Source: Methanomassiliicoccus sp.
GTDB taxonomy: Archaea; Thermoplasmatota; Thermoplasmata; Methanomassiliicoccales; Methanomassiliicoccaceae
Assembly: GCA_018262895.1 (NCBI GenBank)
Contig: JADFDJ010000010.1
Coordinates: 17,199 to 81,198, forward strand
DNA: 64,000 nucleotides
Direction: 5' to 3'
This document shows, piece after piece, positions 46,725-57,050 of the stretch; positions within the stretch are counted from its first letter, which is position 1, and every line of letters begins with the position of its first letter. The translations under genes were made by a program, and so were the position numbers. Under the pieces are notes generated by a model, which saw nothing but the letters and a program-made list of their open reading frames with translations, was not told the DNA's origin and made no database searches.

Positions 46725-47618
46725 ATGCCCGCTACGGGTGTAAGCTTCCTAGGGGCTGATTCCCCTTATCCGGAAGCGAAGTTCGTGGTGGTCGGGATCC
46801 CCTTCGATCTCACCACCTCCTTCCGCCCAGGGGCACGAGCTGCTCCCAACGCGGTTCGGGAGGCATCATATCATTTTGAGCAGTTCATGCTCGAGCATGG
46901 CCTTGACCTGAGCGAGGTCAAGGTCCATGACCTCGGCAACCTCCGGGACTTCATGTCGGTGGAGGACATGATGGACGAGACCAAGGAGGTGGCCAAGGGT
47001 ATCGTCGGCGACGGCAAGTTCCCTATCTTCCTCGGCGGTGAGCATACCATAACCATTCCGGCCATAGAGGCCTTCGATGACATCGGCATCATCTTCATCA
47101 ACGCTCATCTGAACTTCAAGAACGCCAGGATGGGGCAGCGGTCCTGTCACGATACTGTATCCAAGAGGGCCGCGGAGCATGTGGGCAAGGACAACATCCT
47201 GGTCTTCGGTGTGCGTTCCATATCCCACGAGGAGCATGTGAGCGGCAACCTGCCGGAGTACATCGATGCCTACACCATTGCCACGGAAGGGGTGGAGAAA
47301 GCGTTCAAGCGCGCGCTCAACATCATCAAGAAGGACAAGATCTACCTGAGCCTGGACATGGACGGCCTGGACCCTGCCTTCGCGCCGGCCACGGGAATGC
47401 CCGAGCCCTTCGGCCTGACATCCCTGGACGTCAAGAAGTGCATCAACATGCTGGGCCCACGCCTGGTGGGATTGGATGTCGTGGAGATCTCCCCTCCCTA
47501 TGACAAGGGCAACACCGCCGCCCTCGGCGCCAGAATGGTGCAGGAGGCCATCGCGGTGGCCTGGAAGTATCAGAAGGTCGAGGAGCGGACCGGGACGCGT
47601 CCGTTCTGGCGGCGTTAG
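46725..47618 (+). CDS. speB: agmatinase (arginase/ureohydrolase family)
   Basis: Mn-binding motifs (LGGEHTIT, INAHLNF in place of DAHxD, SLDMDGLDPAFAPATG). Lies 12 nt downstream of aIF5A. Confidence 0.8.
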   Translation: MPATGVSFLGADSPYPEAKFVVVGIPFDLTTSFRPGARAAPNAVREASYHFEQFMLEHGLDLSEVKVHDLGNLRDFMSVEDMMDETKEVAKGIVGDGKFPIFLGGEHTITIPAIEAFDDIGIIFINAHLNFKNARMGQRSCHDTVSKRAAEHVGKDNILVFGVRSISHEEHVSGNLPEYIDAYTIATEGVEKAFKRALNIIKKDKIYLSLDMDGLDPAFAPATGMPEPFGLTSLDVKKCINMLGPRLVGLDVVEISPPYDKGNTAALGARMVQEAIAVAWKYQKVEERTGTRPFWRR

Positions 47619-47760
47619 GGTCCTCAAAGATTATCACCGCCTCGTGATAGGCCCATTCTTCGATGTCATCGCTCCCGGCGTTCCCAGGGGCTCACCTCCA
47701 CGAATGCAGGGGATACGCTCCTGGCATCTGGACAGAAATAAGAAAGATGAGGGAAAGAGT

Positions 47761-49113
47761 TCAACGCGCCAAGAGGTCCACGAGGACCTTCTCGCATTCC
47801 TCGGAGCGCTTCTTGGCATCCTCACTGGTCTTGGCCTCGGAGTATATGCGGAACAGGGGCTCGGTGCCCGACGGCCGCACCAGCGTCCAGCCGTCATCGT
47901 AGCAGATCTTGACCCCGTCGGTGGTGTCCACCCGCTGGGAGCGGTAGTGCTCCACCAGGGCGGCCAGCACCCTCTCCTTGCATTCTTCCGAGCACACCAG
48001 CTTGCGCTTGTCCTGGCTGTACGTGGGGATGTTGTCCACGAGCTTGGACAGCGGACCGTTGCGGGTGACTATCTCCAGCATCTTGGCGACCGTCATGGCG
48101 CCATCGCGGCAGTACTGATGCTTGGGGAAGATCAGACCTCCGTTCTCCTCCCCGCCGAAGAGCGCCTTCACCTCTATCATCTTCCTGGCCACGACCGGCG
48201 ATCCCACCCGGGTGTAGATGATGTCGCCTCCCGCCCTTCTCACTACGTCCTCCACGGCCATCGATGACGACACCGGGGTGACCACAGTGCCCCCTCCGTT
48301 CTCCCTGACCATGGCCTCAGCGGTTATGGCCAGCGACTTATCGCCATAGAGGTAGCGGCCCTTGTCGTCCACAAAGATGGTCCGGTCCGCATCCCCATCA
48401 TGGGCTATGCCCATGTCAGCCCCCGTATCCTTGACCATGGCGATGAGGTCTCGGAGGTGGGACTCCACCGGTTCCGAGGGGTGCCCCGGGAACGTCCCCT
48501 GAGGGTTGCAGTTGATGGTTATGGCACGGACGTTCAGATCGTCCAGGAGCAAGGGCGTGGACACCACCCCCGCACCGTTGGCGCAGTCCAGGACCACCGT
48601 CAATCCCGCGCCCCGGATGGCATCGGCGTCCACCAGCCTCTTGACGGAGTCCAGGTAATCGTGGACGGCCCCGGAGGCCTGGCGCATCTGGCCAACGGCG
48701 TTCCAGGGCATGCTGCGGAACGTCCTGGTGAAATAGAGCCTCTCTATCTCCTCTTCCTTGGAGCGCGGCATCTCGGTCCCGTCCGAGTCTATGCACTTTA
48801 TGCCGTTGAACTCCGGAGGGTTGTGGGATGCGGTGATCATGATGCCGCCTGCCAGCCCATTGTTCTTTACGTAGTGCTGCACCACTGGGGTGGGCACCAG
48901 GCCCAGGTCCAGGACCTGAGCGCCAGCGCACATGAGACCCGAGGATACCGCGCTCTTGATCATGGCGGCAGATGTACGGGAGTCGTTGCCGATGGCCACG
49001 CGGCCGCCCATGAATGTACCTATTGCCTTACCCAGGTCCATGGCCAGCTGGACGTTCATGTCCTTGTTGATCACACCTCTGACGCCATTGGTTCCGAACA
49101 GCCTGCCTCCCAT
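47761..49113 (-). CDS. phosphoglucosamine mutase / phosphomannomutase family (second paralogue)
   Basis: LFGTNGVRGV, ITASHNPPEFNGIK and GIAHDGDADR. 450 aa. Confidence 0.85.
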   Translation of the reverse strand: MGGRLFGTNGVRGVINKDMNVQLAMDLGKAIGTFMGGRVAIGNDSRTSAAMIKSAVSSGLMCAGAQVLDLGLVPTPVVQHYVKNNGLAGGIMITASHNPPEFNGIKCIDSDGTEMPRSKEEEIERLYFTRTFRSMPWNAVGQMRQASGAVHDYLDSVKRLVDADAIRGAGLTVVLDCANGAGVVSTPLLLDDLNVRAITINCNPQGTFPGHPSEPVESHLRDLIAMVKDTGADMGIAHDGDADRTIFVDDKGRYLYGDKSLAITAEAMVRENGGGTVVTPVSSSMAVEDVVRRAGGDIIYTRVGSPVVARKMIEVKALFGGEENGGLIFPKHQYCRDGAMTVAKMLEIVTRNGPLSKLVDNIPTYSQDKRKLVCSEECKERVLAALVEHYRSQRVDTTDGVKICYDDGWTLVRPSGTEPLFRIYSEAKTSEDAKKRSEECEKVLVDLLAR

Positions 49114-49119
49114 GTAATA

Positions 49120-49806
49120 TCACCGAACTTTGTGGGCCTCGGAAGTGAGGAGGATGTGTATAATATCAGCGACGTCCTTGCAGGAGTCAGAGGCGTTCTC
49201 GATCCCGTGCAGCATGTCCCGAAGCAGGAACACCGCCCGGGGGTCGATGTCGGAGAACAGTATCTCCTTCTTGGTGACGAAATATAGCTCGTCCAGAACG
49301 TGCTCCAGCCTCTCCACCTCTCGGGAGTGCTTGTCGGCCAGCTCCTCGTTTATGCCCAGCTGCTCGATGCTGGCCCGGAGCTCCTTGGCGGCCCTCTCCA
49401 GCTCTATGGTCATCTCGTGATAGTGGGACCACAGGCTGACGGGCACCCTGACCTTGGCCTCCAAGATGAGCTGCAGGTTCATACCCGATTCCTTGGACCA
49501 GTCGGCGACGAAGTCCATGCGGCGTATCAGGCGCAGGAGGTCCTCACGCTCCTTGGGCTCCATGTCCCCCTTGCTCAGCTCCATGCTGACCCGCTCCTCG
49601 ATGGTGTCCGCTTCCTTCTCCGAGAGAAGCATTCGGTTGAGAGCCTCGACAGCCTTCTCAGTGTCCGAGTTGCATAGGGCGGTTACCGCCTTATTGAGCT
49701 CAGCGGTGGCGTCCCCGACCGCGCGCACATGGTCCTTGAGGCCTCTGATCACCAACGACTCCCGGCGCTTTCCGAACCATTCCATCAAAGATCTGCGTTC
49801 ATTCAA
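49120..49806 (-). CDS. DUF47 (PhoU-like, TIGR00153-type) protein
   Basis: 228 aa, all-helical, two-repeat organisation. It has the EADxIE-type and LExxLDELY-type segments and the terminal ENASDSCKDVADII motif typical of DUF47/PhoU_div as I recall it. Confidence 0.65.
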   Translation of the reverse strand: MNERRSLMEWFGKRRESLVIRGLKDHVRAVGDATAELNKAVTALCNSDTEKAVEALNRMLLSEKEADTIEERVSMELSKGDMEPKEREDLLRLIRRMDFVADWSKESGMNLQLILEAKVRVPVSLWSHYHEMTIELERAAKELRASIEQLGINEELADKHSREVERLEHVLDELYFVTKKEILFSDIDPRAVFLLRDMLHGIENASDSCKDVADIIHILLTSEAHKVR

Positions 49807-50884
49807 GCTTGATCGCCTCCTCCACGCCCTCAGGTGGCCTGGGGTAAAGAATTCCCGACCTCTTGCTCCAGATCAGGTTGACACGATCGCCGACGCTGTA
49901 GACCCGGTCCTCCGAGGTGCTAACGTCGAAGAGCATCGTGTCCTCGCTGTCGCTTTCCACTGTGATTCGAATATAAGTTCCCATGTAAGTAATTTTAATA
50001 ATTACGGAATTAAGACCTTCGTTCGCAGGGTGTACCCTCTCTGGCCTTATGGAGAGCACTACGGCGTCCCCCCTCCGGAACTTGGAGGGTTTTGCCTCCA
50101 CCACCGTACCATCCCGAAGCTCCACCAGGGAGCGGTCGGGAAGGACCTCCTTGACCACCCCCTCCAGCAGGTTGGTCTCCCCGATAAAGTTGGCGGTGAA
50201 AAGGTTCTGAGGAGAGAGGTAGAGCGCCTCCGGGGTGTTGGATTCCACAATGCGGCCGTTCCTCATGAGCACTATGCGGTCGGAAACGGTCATGGCCTCC
50301 TCCTGGTCGTGGGTCACGTGGATGACGGTGAGCCCCAGGTCCTTGGTGATCCGCCGCAGCTCGTACCTCAGGTCCATGCGGACTCGCGCATCCAGTGCCG
50401 ACAGGGGTTCGTCCAGAAGTAGGAGTTTGGCGCCAGATGCCAGCGCCCGCGCCAGGGAGACCTTCTGCTGCTCTCCCCCGGACAGCTCGTCGGGGAACAT
50501 GCCCATGCGGTCCAGAAGCTTCACCATCTCCAGGTAGCGCTGGGGCACCGACTTCACCTCCTCCTCCGACATGTCCTTCACGATAGGGCCGAAGGCCACG
50601 TTGCCCAGGGCGGTCAGATGGGGGAAGAGGGCGATGTTCTGGAACACGTAGCCTATGTCCCTCTCCTCTATCGGCACGTTCGTCATGTCCTTCCCGGCGA
50701 TGAACACCTTCCCCTCGCTCGGCTCTATGAGGCCGGCTATCATCCGGATCAAAGTAGTCTTGCCGCAGCCAGAGGGGCCAAGTATCGTCACGTACTCTCC
50801 ATCAGCGACCTTGAGGTTGATATCGGCGGAAGCGGTGACCTTGCCGAACCTCTTGGCAATGTTGATCAGCTCCACCTCCGGCAT
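49799..50884 (-). CDS. ABC transporter ATP-binding protein (PotA/CysA/MalK-like with TOBE-type C-terminus)
   Basis: Walker A GPSGCGKTT, signature LSGGEQQKVSLARAL, Walker B LLLLDEPLSALD and H-loop VTHD. Confidence 0.88.
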   Translation of the reverse strand: MPEVELINIAKRFGKVTASADINLKVADGEYVTILGPSGCGKTTLIRMIAGLIEPSEGKVFIAGKDMTNVPIEERDIGYVFQNIALFPHLTALGNVAFGPIVKDMSEEEVKSVPQRYLEMVKLLDRMGMFPDELSGGEQQKVSLARALASGAKLLLLDEPLSALDARVRMDLRYELRRITKDLGLTVIHVTHDQEEAMTVSDRIVLMRNGRIVESNTPEALYLSPQNLFTANFIGETNLLEGVVKEVLPDRSLVELRDGTVVEAKPSKFRRGDAVVLSIRPERVHPANEGLNSVIIKITYMGTYIRITVESDSEDTMLFDVSTSEDRVYSVGDRVNLIWSKRSGILYPRPPEGVEEAIKLE

Positions 50885-51981
50885 CAGTCCACCCTCAGCT
50901 CCTCTTCCAGGCCGCCCTCCGGATAGGGAAAGACGGAGGCCTTGGGGATATCCCAGTTCAAGCCCACCTCATCGCCCACCGCCACCTGGTCCCTGCGGCT
51001 GGCCGGAAGCTTGACGGAAAACCTCCCCAGTTCGCCGGCGTTGACATCCAAGTGGACCACCCTCCCCTCGAAGAGTGTCCTTTCCACGGTCCCCATTACG
51101 AAGGCGTCGCTTCTCTTCACCACCCGTGTGTTCCCGACCTTTATCGCGACCACGGCCTTGGAGTCGACCGGTATCTCCGATGAGCGGGCGAACACCACAT
51201 GGCCCTTGTCATCCTCCACCGTGGTCATGCGGCCGTCGCGCGAGCACAGGATGTTGCCGACGAAGAAGTTCGACTGCCCCACGAAATTGGCCACGAAGGG
51301 AGATACAGGATCGTCGAACACCTCCCGGGGAGTGCCGATCTGCACTATGTGCCCGTTTCGGATGACCGCGATACGGTCGGCCATGACCATGGCCTCCTCT
51401 TGATCATGGGTGACATGTATCACGGTGAGGCCGAGGGCCTTGGCCAGGGAGCGCAGCTCGTGGCGGAGATCGATCCTGAGACGAGCGTCAAGAGCCCTCA
51501 GGGGCTCGTCCAGCAGAAGGACGTCAGGGTTGGTGGCCAATGCCCTTGCCAGGGCGTTGCGCTGCTGCATCCCTCCCGACAGCTCTCGAGGGTAGGAATC
51601 CGCCCTCTTGGTCAGCCTCACCAGGTCCAGAAGCTCGACCAGCGTCTTCCTGCTGTCGAGCTCGGGGACCTTGCGGATAGAGGGGCCGAACAGAATGTTC
51701 TCGGCCACCGTCATGGTGGGGAACAGGGAGTAGCGCTGGGACAGCAGGACGGCGTTGCGCTCCTCCGGTTCCAGGTCGGTGACGTCCCTGCCGTCCAGGA
51801 ACACCTGGCCAGAATCGGGCTTGGTGAGGCCGGCGATGATCCTCAGGGCAGTGGTCTTGCCCGCACCAGTTGGCCCGAGAAGGCAGAGATACTCGCCGTT
51901 CTCCACCTCCAGATCCAGATCGTCGGCGGCGACCACCTCGCCATAGGATTTCTTGATGTCCCGAAGGATGATGCTGGGCAT
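50884..51981 (-). CDS. ABC transporter ATP-binding protein (second, separate ATPase gene)
   Basis: Walker A GPTGAGKTT, signature LSGGMQQRNALARAL, Walker B VLLLDEPLRALD and H-loop VTHD. Confidence 0.88.
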   Translation of the reverse strand: MPSIILRDIKKSYGEVVAADDLDLEVENGEYLCLLGPTGAGKTTALRIIAGLTKPDSGQVFLDGRDVTDLEPEERNAVLLSQRYSLFPTMTVAENILFGPSIRKVPELDSRKTLVELLDLVRLTKRADSYPRELSGGMQQRNALARALATNPDVLLLDEPLRALDARLRIDLRHELRSLAKALGLTVIHVTHDQEEAMVMADRIAVIRNGHIVQIGTPREVFDDPVSPFVANFVGQSNFFVGNILCSRDGRMTTVEDDKGHVVFARSSEIPVDSKAVVAIKVGNTRVVKRSDAFVMGTVERTLFEGRVVHLDVNAGELGRFSVKLPASRRDQVAVGDEVGLNWDIPKASVFPYPEGGLEEELRVD

Positions 51982-53642
51982 CAGATCGCCTCCTTCCTCT
52001 TCTTGGTCAGGTAACGCAGGACGAGCATGAATATGTAGGAAACGATGATGAGTATGATGCAGGCGAGACCTGCCTGGTACAGCTCATCGGCCTTGACCAG
52101 GCTCACGATGTATACCGGCGCCGTGAGAGCGTTGCTGCCTAATACCGCCTGGGTGGCCCCGGTCTCACCGAGACTGCGGGTGAAGGCCATGATGGCGCCC
52201 GCCAGAATGGAGCTCTTTATGAGCGGATAGAGGACACGATGGAAGCTCTGGATCGGTTTGGCTCCCAGCGTCCGGGCGGTCTCCTCAAAGGATGGGTCTA
52301 TCTCCTCCACCGCGCCGGCAACGTTCCTTACTACCAGTGGATATGTGAATGCTACATGGGCAAGGGTGAGGACCACGAAGCTTGCGCCGCCTGTCAGGCC
52401 GGTAGAGCCCCAGAACAGGAACAGGGAGTAGCCCAGGGCAGCGGTGGGAACGATGAGAGGGACGTTGACCAGCACATCCAGGACGTTCGATGAAGCCCGG
52501 TCCCGGTGTTTCGTTATATAGAGTGCAAAGGGTATGCCCAGGGCAATATCGATGACCGTGACCACCCCGGCTACCAGGAAGGAATAGCCCAGCGCGTAGG
52601 ATAGCGCCCCCATGTCCAAAGAAGCAGGGTCCGAGAACAGAACGTATGTAAAAATGAAGAAAGAAGGGATAAGAACGATCAAGGCGAGGAAGAGCAACGC
52701 CCCGCCGTCCTTCATCTTGGGGAATATTCCCCGGCTCAGCATCTTCTCCTGCATCGGCCATACCTTCCGCAACGGAAGGTGGAACTTCATGATGACCAGC
52801 TTCAGGATTATCAAGAGGATGAGCGCTAAGGCAATCAGCAGTATGCTCACGAAGGCCAACGAGGGGGCGTAGGTGGGGTCGTTCTCCACCAGGGACCTCC
52901 ACTCCCCGATCAGCGTGGACCCGGTGAAGAAGTTCGCGGCCTCTCCGATGCCCAGGTTGGCCATGGTGCTGAGCGCTATCATGGTGCCGCCGGTCTCGCT
53001 CATGCTGCGGGAGAAGCAGAGGATAACGCCCGTGGCCAGACCCGCGCGGAACAGCGGCAGGGTTATGGTCCTGGCCGCGGTAAGGCGGCTGGCCCCCAGG
53101 GTCCTTCCTGCGACCTCGTAGGTATCGTCTATCTCCTCCAGGATGGCCGCGAGCGAGCGGACCATGTAGGGATAGGAGAATACGATGTGCAGAAGGATTA
53201 TCAGAAAAAAGGGAGAGGATATGACGGAAAAGGAGAAAGGTACCGGGTCGGGGTTCATCACCCAGAACACCGCGGCCGAGAACCCCAGGGCGGCCGTGGG
53301 TACTGCCAAGGGCATATCTATCAACGTGTCCAGGAACTCCTTGCCCCGGAACTCCTTGCGTACCAATATCCAGGCGACGGGCAGGCCTGCAAGGAAATCG
53401 ATGACGGTAACGATGGCAGCTATCTCGAAGGATGCGGCCACAGCGTTCACTATGACCGACATGGTCTCCGGTTTGCTTAGGACAGTGGTCTCGATGGCGG
53501 ACCAATCGGTGAAGGCATAGGTGACGACATAGAGGGTCGGAATGACGACGAAGAACAGGAAAAAAGCGATGATGAAAACGGTCCAGCCCTTTCTGAACCC
53601 CTTTCTGCTGATGAAATCCACGACCCAGTCCATTCGTTTCAT
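51981..53642 (-). CDS. fused double ABC importer permease (two BPD_transp_1 modules, FbpB/ThiP-like topology)
   Basis: 553 aa with about 12 TM helices. Two EAA-like loops (EVAGRTLGASRLTAARTITLP...SMSETGGTMIAL and EETARTLGAKPIQSFHRVLYP...SLGETGATQAVL). Confidence 0.85.
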   Translation of the reverse strand: MKRMDWVVDFISRKGFRKGWTVFIIAFFLFFVVIPTLYVVTYAFTDWSAIETTVLSKPETMSVIVNAVAASFEIAAIVTVIDFLAGLPVAWILVRKEFRGKEFLDTLIDMPLAVPTAALGFSAAVFWVMNPDPVPFSFSVISSPFFLIILLHIVFSYPYMVRSLAAILEEIDDTYEVAGRTLGASRLTAARTITLPLFRAGLATGVILCFSRSMSETGGTMIALSTMANLGIGEAANFFTGSTLIGEWRSLVENDPTYAPSLAFVSILLIALALILLIILKLVIMKFHLPLRKVWPMQEKMLSRGIFPKMKDGGALLFLALIVLIPSFFIFTYVLFSDPASLDMGALSYALGYSFLVAGVVTVIDIALGIPFALYITKHRDRASSNVLDVLVNVPLIVPTAALGYSLFLFWGSTGLTGGASFVVLTLAHVAFTYPLVVRNVAGAVEEIDPSFEETARTLGAKPIQSFHRVLYPLIKSSILAGAIMAFTRSLGETGATQAVLGSNALTAPVYIVSLVKADELYQAGLACIILIIVSYIFMLVLRYLTKKRKEAI

Positions 53643-53718
53643 TTCACAGCCCTTGGTCCGTCGTCCGGTAAATCCTGAGGCGATATATACCTATTGAAAG
53701 GTGCTCCGGCGTCTGGAT

Positions 53719-54684
53719 TCATTGCCTGGCCAGTATCTCGTTGATTACCTTTCGCCCCTTCTCCACTACGCAGTCGGGACCGATGATGCTGCCACGCACC
53801 CGGGCCCCCTCCTCGATCAGCGCTCCCCTGAGGAGCATGCTATCCGCGACCTCCGCCCCCTTGGATACCAGGACATCATCTTCCATGTACACATGGGGGC
53901 CGATGCGGCAGCCACGGATATGCGCTTTCTGCAGCATATTGGACCCGCAGATCGTGGCATCCTCCTTTATGAGCTCCGGGGCCTCCTTGCCTCCGCCCAG
54001 GTCCAGAAGGACCCTCTGGGCCTTCAGGATGTTCTCCCTGGTCCCACCGTCGACCCAGTAGCCGGAGAACCCGTACCCGTAGAGCCCGCGGTCCAGCACA
54101 TTGGGGAAGACCTGCCTTTCCAGTGATACGACGCCGTTGGGAATGTGCTCCAGGATCTCCTTCTCGAAGATGTACACGCCAGCGTTTATAGAGTTAGAGA
54201 CGGCCTTGTCCCTCTCAGGCTTCTCCTGGAACTCGGTTATCAGGCCCCGGGCATCGGTCGACACCACTCCAAAGGCCGAGGGGTCCTCCACCTTCCACAG
54301 GGACATTGTACCGATACCACCATGCGTACGGTGGTACCTCAGCATGTCATTGAGGTCGATGGAGCATATGACGTCGCCGTTGAAAGCTATGAAGGTGTCG
54401 TCCAGGTATCGGGACACGTTCTTGACCGCGCCACCGGTGCCCAGAGGCGTGTCCTCGTTCGCCAGGATTACCTTGCGGCCGACATCGTGAGAGCGGAAAT
54501 ACTCCTCCAGGGCGTCCTTCATGTAAGAGACCGCCAGTATCACCGTGTCCACCTCCGCTGGCAGTGGATCAATTATGTGAGAAATGAGGGGCTTGCCCAG
54601 CAGTGGCACAAGAGGCTTGGGCATCCTCATGGTGAGGGGTCTGAGACGGGTACCCAGCCCTCCGGCCAGTATCAGTGCTTTCAT
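53719..54684 (-). CDS. sugar-phosphate nucleotidyltransferase with short LbH C-terminus (mannose-1-P guanylyl / glucose-1-P thymidylyl-transferase-like)
   Basis: MKALILAGGLGTRLRPLT and GTGGAV. The C-terminus consists of hexapeptide-type repeats. Confidence 0.8.
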   Translation of the reverse strand: MKALILAGGLGTRLRPLTMRMPKPLVPLLGKPLISHIIDPLPAEVDTVILAVSYMKDALEEYFRSHDVGRKVILANEDTPLGTGGAVKNVSRYLDDTFIAFNGDVICSIDLNDMLRYHRTHGGIGTMSLWKVEDPSAFGVVSTDARGLITEFQEKPERDKAVSNSINAGVYIFEKEILEHIPNGVVSLERQVFPNVLDRGLYGYGFSGYWVDGGTRENILKAQRVLLDLGGGKEAPELIKEDATICGSNMLQKAHIRGCRIGPHVYMEDDVLVSKGAEVADSMLLRGALIEEGARVRGSIIGPDCVVEKGRKVINEILARQ

Positions 54685-54711
54685 CGGTCGCGCCTGGTGA
54701 GGTATATTGGA

Positions 54712-54927
54712 TTACACTGGAGATATGCTTACCACATTGTTACCGCGTAATACAACGATCCCCAATCGCCTGGTCTGCTCTGAGGTCCGCTCCTCGGTAT
54801 CCTCCAGGACCATGTTCATGTAGTCATCATAGCCGACCAGTTTTCCCTCAAGGATCCTGGTGTCCTTGAGCAGGAGGGAGATCCGGTGGTCCATTGACTT
54901 CTCGAGAAGAGCGAGTGGCATTACCAT
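54712..54927 (-). CDS. Sm-like archaeal protein (LSm/SmAP)
   Basis: Sm1/Sm2 motifs (ISLLLKDTRILEGKLVGYDDYMNMVLEDTEE...LGIVVLRGNNVVSISP). 71 aa. Confidence 0.88.
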   Translation of the reverse strand: MVMPLALLEKSMDHRISLLLKDTRILEGKLVGYDDYMNMVLEDTEERTSEQTRRLGIVVLRGNNVVSISPV

Positions 54928-55069
54928 AAATAATCACTTACTGTGGCATTGTGGGGACCGAATTTAAGCTTTCCGTCCTCCCGGCCTAGCTGAGCAGAGG
55001 AATGTTCGATCTTCTTGAAGGAGAAGTTACCGCGGCAGTAATGGAATATCCTTAAATCCAAGCTTTTTC

Positions 55070-56884
55070 ATGGCAAATCATAAAATGGACGCAGAAACCC
55101 GTTTGATCCTCGATATCGCCCTTCTCTTAAGCGCGACAGGGCTTCTCTCGCTCGTTCTTGGAAAACTGCGTCTACCTGCCATCATCGGTTATCTGGCAGG
55201 AGGGCTGGTACTGGGCTCCAGCATCATCCCCGGTTTTCAGATGGAGGAGGGGACCCTGGAAGTGTTCTCCACCATAGGCATCATCCTCCTGATGTTCTTC
55301 ATCGGTATCGAGCTGAACCTCAAAGGTCTCCGGAAGACAGGTCCTGCGGCCTTCCTCATCGTCTCCATCGAGATGACGATGATGGTCATCATCGGCTACT
55401 ATCTTGGCCGCTTGATCGGCCTTGATGACGTTCAGTCCATTTTCATCGGTGCCATTGTTTCCGGTGCCAGCACCGCCGCGGTCCTCATGGTGGCCAAGGA
55501 GAACCTGCACATGAGGGGCGACCTGTCCACCATGGTCATGTCCCTGATGGTCTTCGAGGACATCGCCCAGATCATCATCCTTACCCTCGCCTCGCCTCTG
55601 GCCTCGGGAAAAGGCAGCTCCGAAAACGTGTACTGGGTGGTCCTGGAGATCGCGGCCTTCATGGGCCTCAGTATACTCATCGGCCTGGCGGTCATGCCCC
55701 GGGCGATGGACTGGCTCCGGCGCAACTATACCAAAGAGACCGTCCTCATCATCTCTCTTGCATTCTGCTTTACCCTTGCCTTCATCTCCGGTTATGTCGG
55801 CCTGTCAGTGGCCATAGGGGCGTTCCTAGCAGGAATCATCGTCTCCGAGTCCTCATGTAACAATATCGTCCGCCGCCGCATCGAACCGATGAAGGAGGTC
55901 TTCATTGCCATCTTCTTCTTCGCCATAGGGATGAGGATAGATATCGGATTGGTCCTCGACAATATCCTGCTGTGCGTTACCATCGCCATCATCTTCATAT
56001 TAGGAAAACTGACGAGCATCTTCTTCGCCAGCTACCTGACGACCATGAGCCTGCGATCCAGCTTCTACCTGGCGTCCAGCATGGTGGTTATGGGTGAGTT
56101 CGGTTTCATTATCGCCACCCTTGGTTTGAACGGGGGCATCCTGGACCTTTCCATGTACTCCACGGTCATCGGTGCTGCTCTGATCACCATGGTGGTGCTC
56201 CCCCTCCTCTCCCGTGCAGGACCGAGGATCTTCGACTTCGGCTCAAGGAACGCACCAGGTTTCGTTCGCGGCGTCGTACGGAGGACGGAACGGGTGCGCG
56301 GTGAGGTGCGAAGAAAGATGGCCATATCCCCGGAGCTGCGTCTGGAGGTCCGCGGCCAGCTCCTGATGGTGTTCGTGGACATGGTCCTCGTCATAACCAT
56401 TATCCTGGTCCTTAACCTGCTCGATCCCCTCAGGGAGGCATTAACACCGCTGGCTGGTAACATCCATATACTGCCATCGCTCCTGTTGTTCGTCACCAGC
56501 ATCGTGCTCATCTCCCCATTGGTGGTCAACGTCATCACCCGCCTCCGCCTCATCGCTTTCATAATCATGATGAACGTATCCGAAGGTGGACGGCAAACGG
56601 TTGCCGGAAGAATGCGCATCTACCGGGTATTCAGGAACATCGGGGGCTTCCTTGTGATAACGGTCCTGATGCTGCTGATCCTACCTCTGCTCCCTCAGGT
56701 ATCGACATTCGATGAGACTGCCCTCCTTGCCCTGACGGTGATAATAGTCTTGTTCTCCATGTTGTCCTGGGGCATCCTCCGGCCTGCCTTCGGCAGGATT
56801 TCCCAGGGAGTGGTGGCACGAATCGTTCTCATAGATGAGGATAAAGAGGAGCAGCCAGGGGAAGTTATCGTCTGCGATGATTGA
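55070..56884 (+). CDS. cation:proton antiporter (CPA2 / Kef-NapA type Na_H_Exchanger domain) with extra C-terminal membrane domain
   Basis: About 12 TM helices. N-terminus (LGKLRLPAIIGYLAGGLVLG) and the conserved ELNL and GAFLAGI motifs. The C-terminal ~200 aa add further hydrophobic helices instead of a TrkA-type domain. Confidence 0.8.
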   Translation: MANHKMDAETRLILDIALLLSATGLLSLVLGKLRLPAIIGYLAGGLVLGSSIIPGFQMEEGTLEVFSTIGIILLMFFIGIELNLKGLRKTGPAAFLIVSIEMTMMVIIGYYLGRLIGLDDVQSIFIGAIVSGASTAAVLMVAKENLHMRGDLSTMVMSLMVFEDIAQIIILTLASPLASGKGSSENVYWVVLEIAAFMGLSILIGLAVMPRAMDWLRRNYTKETVLIISLAFCFTLAFISGYVGLSVAIGAFLAGIIVSESSCNNIVRRRIEPMKEVFIAIFFFAIGMRIDIGLVLDNILLCVTIAIIFILGKLTSIFFASYLTTMSLRSSFYLASSMVVMGEFGFIIATLGLNGGILDLSMYSTVIGAALITMVVLPLLSRAGPRIFDFGSRNAPGFVRGVVRRTERVRGEVRRKMAISPELRLEVRGQLLMVFVDMVLVITIILVLNLLDPLREALTPLAGNIHILPSLLLFVTSIVLISPLVVNVITRLRLIAFIIMMNVSEGGRQTVAGRMRIYRVFRNIGGFLVITVLMLLILPLLPQVSTFDETALLALTVIIVLFSMLSWGILRPAFGRISQGVVARIVLIDEDKEEQPGEVIVCDD

Positions 56885-57050
56885 AGGCGTTCTCGTGAAA
56901 CCTGCGCTCCAATAATCCCTGAAAAATCAAGCAATTAATCTAAATGCAGCCTCTCAGGCGATGTGGGGCCGACGATCAGAGGCCGATTGGAACTGAGTAC
57001 GCAGATCAAGTATGCTGTCGTCCAAGCCGGTCTACTAGGCCTCGCGCCCC

